Source: Diplonema japonicum
Lineage: Eukaryota > Protista > Euglenozoa: Diplonemea
Direction of reading: 5' to 3'
DNA length: 64,000 nt
Assembly: GCA_964019335.1 (NCBI GenBank)
Contig: OZ025689.1
Coordinates: 186,001-250,000, forward strand
Part shown: piece by piece, positions 60,959 through 64,000 of the stretch
Layout: each line of letters opens with the position of its first letter
Position numbering within the stretch: the stretch's first letter is position 1
The notes under the pieces: generated by a model
Seen by the model: the letters and a program-made list of their open reading frames with translations, nothing else
Database searches by the model: none
Told to the model about the DNA's origin: nothing
Program-made: the position numbers and the translations under genes

Positions 60959-62856
60959 CTAGTACGAATCGAGAATGTTGTGGCCGATGTCCCCTGCGAG
61001 GGACATGTCGCGGAGGGATTGGAGCACCTCACGTTTTCTGGAATTTGTTGTTAATAAAGTTTTTATGCCCCCTATTCTGCCCACCCTCTCTACCTTTCCA
61101 TGAAATCCGGCAGCTCGACTGCCTTGTTGATGTCGGGGAAGTCAAGCTTGCTAAGGTCCTCCGCGACCATGATGCATCTCGTGGGCGGCCTTTCCTCACC
61201 GTTGACTGAGTAGATGATGCCTTCGTACTTCAGGGTGAAGACCAAGAGATCACCGTCACTGTCGTAGTACTCAACGACAGTGGCCGGTGGGGCTGTTCGC
61301 TTAGGTGTTTTGGGTGAAGTGGGTGCTGATGATTTTGAGGCTCTGCGTGGCACCGCCCCTGGGGAAACAATCTTACTCTGTGTCACAGAGGGCGACCTCT
61401 CAACCCTGAGGTCGTTGCTTGTCTTCGCCACTTCCGCAGGCGGCAGAAATGGCATAGGCGACGTTGGCTTTAAAATTGACAGTGCTGCCTTGCTCCTGTC
61501 TGACGACATTGTTGGAGACAGCTTCGGTTCCTCGACAGTATTTTCTGCAGGCCTCTTCCATGTTGTCTTCTCACTCGTGTTTGTCAGGCTTTTCTTCGCC
61601 GCAGGTTTCTTCACAACCACTCTTCCAAACACCACCTCTGTCCTCGGCTTGGTTTTTTTCTTGGGGCTCACATTTCTCTTTGGCGCCACCCGCTCCGCCC
61701 TCTTCAGCTCCGCTTCGTACATCACCCCGCGGTCTTTTAGAATATCTTTGCAATGATTCAACTCCCGCTGCGTGAGGTCCGAAGCCAATGCTTGCCGCAG
61801 AGACCCTTCCTTGATATCGGGGTGCTGCCTGCGGAATGTTCTGTTAACGGCATGCCAGTCCGCCTGCGAGGTGATGGTGCTCAGCTCGTTGAAGATAGTC
61901 TGCTCGTCGGTCCCAAAGCCCTTCAGCGCGTTGTATAGTCTGTCACAGGTCTTCTGCACGGATGTGATGTCAACGGCAGTGAGGGTTTCTTCGAGGGACT
62001 TGTTGTACCTTCGGGCGTCAGGTGGGGTTGCAGGGATGGAGGCCACTTCTTCTTCTACCTTTAAGCTGACAGGTGTGTTGGTTGCTTCTTCTTCGATTCG
62101 AACCTGCAGCTCGTCGTTTCGTCTTGAGGTCTCCACTACTGTCTTCTCCATCACAGAACACATTTCCTTCAGCGATGAAATCTTGGCCCGTGCGGCAACA
62201 AGTTCCCTCCGCAGCTGGTCCTGCGACACGTCGTTCTCAGGAAAAATCGATGATGGTTTCCGAGGGGGAGGGATGATAGACCTCCGCCCTTTGGGAGCGC
62301 TCCTTGATCTGCGATTTGGGCACGCTTCACGCATCCATAGAGAGTGATGTGTCCATCGCTGAAGCTTTTCATAATATTTCCTGCACAGCGCACGGCACTG
62401 GCCCAGCCTCATGGCGAGGCCCACCTTTTTCTTCAGAAATTGAAACTGCTCTGTTCGCTTCGTGCTGATCTTTTTATGCCGATCGATAGCGCATGTTAGT
62501 ACTTTCCCTTGCGCTTCCAACTCTCTCTTAAGTACCTTATTCTCGTGCATGCTGCTAAAAAGCTCATCAGAATATGCTTGTTCCTCCACCAAGTACGCCT
62601 CATTCAACACAGTGCCGTCATACATATCATCAGGATACACTATAGTCTCTGTGATCGGAACAGCAGGCGTACACGCCACACTCATAACAGGGATACCCGG
62701 TGACACTGCTGCTGCAGGGGGGCTGTGGTTGCCCTCGGGTGGCGGCGACAAACGCGTGTTGCGCCCTCCTGAAAGCCGCCCCGACAGCCTCATACGAGGC
62801 TGGTACTGGGGTTGCAACACTGGACTGCCGTCAGCATCGAAACTCCACCGAGGCAT
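60959..62856 (-). CDS. Coiled-coil protein with a single annexin repeat and an uncharacterised C-terminal domain; exons 61094-62856, 60959-61037
   Basis: CDRLYNALKGFGTDEQTI…SLRQALASDLT is an annexin repeat; 56-nt intron 61038-61093 completes the C-terminus (…FMER|KREVLQSLRDMSLAGDIGHNILDSY). Confidence 0.75.
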
Positions 62857-62946
62857 CCTGTAGGGAGTGGAAGGGCACAGTAAAAAAATCATGACAAAGT
62901 ATCTATTAGAACATTACAAGCGAAACAAGGGGGAAAATCTAAACTT

Positions 62947-63927
62947 CTACACCCGCCGCATGTACCCGTCATGGGCGTTGCGGTCCCACACAGCGTTGAC
63001 GTCGTACTGCGGCGGCGGGTCGGCATACTCTTCGGACGGTTCCCGCTGCTTGGGGATGTACTGGTCCCAACCACGGTAGGTGTAGTGGTGCCCGTTGACA
63101 GGGGGCGAGGGCGTGTCCTGACGGCTAGGAGATCGGTGTGAGTAATGTGCAGGACGGGGGCGGTGGGCATCCTGAAACTGTTGAGGCGGTGGGGGGAGGG
63201 GTTGTTCGTAAAAGAGAGGCCCAGGGGAAGGGGGTGTCATAGCTCGCTCCTTCCCACGCAATCGCTGAGGAGATTGTGAAGCATCGATTGCTTTCTCGTA
63301 TTTGTCGTAGTAGCTATGCAAGCCGTTTTGTTCATCATATTCTTCGTTCTCCCCGTGCCCCTCGTACCTGTGCCCCTCGTACCCGTGTCCCTCGTACCTG
63401 TCGTGGGGGTAGGGGTCATGCGAGGGTGGGTACTCCTGTTCGTACTGTCCTGTCTCCTGACCCCACTCGCGGTCGTATGTAATCTGAGTGGCAACAAGAT
63501 CGGGTTCTACAGTGCACGTGTCCCTCTGCCCTGCTACAGGGGATGGGAGGGTAGGTTTCTGACGGAGTTGAATAGGTGCATGAGTGGAACCGGTTGCGCT
63601 TCCCCCCATTGCTCGGCGGCTTCTACTCGAGCTCCGGCTCTTGCTCGGCTGCTCACTGAAACCTTTAAGCCGTGTCTTTTCGACTTGCGTCGTACCAGAG
63701 CTGCCGCTCCCTTCCCTCGTCCCTCTCACTTTTACTCTGCAGATCGGGCACTTTCTTGTGTTCCCCGAAGCTGAGTAATATTTCACATCACATTCCTCGC
63801 ACGTACTGTTGCACTGTGCTGTCCCGGCCCTCTCTTTCATCTCATGCCTGCAGTTGTGGCATATGTTCGTCTGTCCGCTTTGTGAATAATACTTAACCCC
63901 GCACCTCCCACAGTTCATGTACACCAT
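62947..63927 (-). CDS. Hypothetical protein with two C4 zinc-ribbon repeats and Pro/Tyr-rich tail (5' end may lie outside the window)
   Basis: CGRCGVKYYSQSGQTNICHNCR and CEECDVKYYSASGNTRKCPICR; YEGH repeats. Confidence 0.7.
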   Translation of the reverse strand: MVYMNCGRCGVKYYSQSGQTNICHNCRHEMKERAGTAQCNSTCEECDVKYYSASGNTRKCPICRVKVRGTREGSGSSGTTQVEKTRLKGFSEQPSKSRSSSRSRRAMGGSATGSTHAPIQLRQKPTLPSPVAGQRDTCTVEPDLVATQITYDREWGQETGQYEQEYPPSHDPYPHDRYEGHGYEGHRYEGHGENEEYDEQNGLHSYYDKYEKAIDASQSPQRLRGKERAMTPPSPGPLFYEQPLPPPPQQFQDAHRPRPAHYSHRSPSRQDTPSPPVNGHHYTYRGWDQYIPKQREPSEEYADPPPQYDVNAVWDRNAHDGYMRRV

Positions 63928-64000
63928 CTGCCTGTTTTGCTTGTAAAAAGGGTACGTTGGGAAAACCGATAACAGAATTAAGAAGATCAAAGGAAACATG

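Noticed and set aside
62857-62952. Possible intron fusing the zinc-ribbon gene to the annexin-repeat gene
   Set aside because: The available GT donor and CAG acceptor are out of phase; treated as an intergenic spacer.

Overview
Eukaryotic (protist) nuclear DNA, not prokaryotic. I can support 28 host protein-coding genes, and all lie on the minus strand, often only 60-130 nt apart. Together with GT-AG introns, this suggests a euglenozoan-type directional gene cluster, most plausibly a diplonemid (inference). Recognisable products: PPR protein, AAGAB-like, class I DAHP synthase, a minimal ATP6AP2-like protein, two VAMP7 paralogs, SPRY and RING proteins, DHX8/Prp22, a MAP2K with two WW domains, an IP3 receptor, centrin-like, F-box, WDR48, a GalT/HIT-like enzyme, an ADP-ribosyltransferase-ankyrin protein, an EF-hand/WD40 protein and an annexin-repeat protein. 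Hand-splicing recovers 30 GT-AG introns, 28 of them 34-75 nt. Many are filled with poly(A) where a polypyrimidine tract is expected; the extreme case is GTGTGGG-A40-G. Two TTAA-flanked piggyBac-type elements sit in consecutive introns of the MAP2K gene, each at the TTAA that begins an intronic A-run. One is full length with three single-base frameshifts. The other is a chimera of piggyBac ends and C-terminus with an unrelated transposase-like ORF. A ~1.2 kb non-coding inverted-repeat element lies at 43.4-44.6 kb. I recognised no tRNA, rRNA, CRISPR array or spliced-leader RNA gene. All gene models were built by eye, and homopolymer lengths may be affected by sequencing error.
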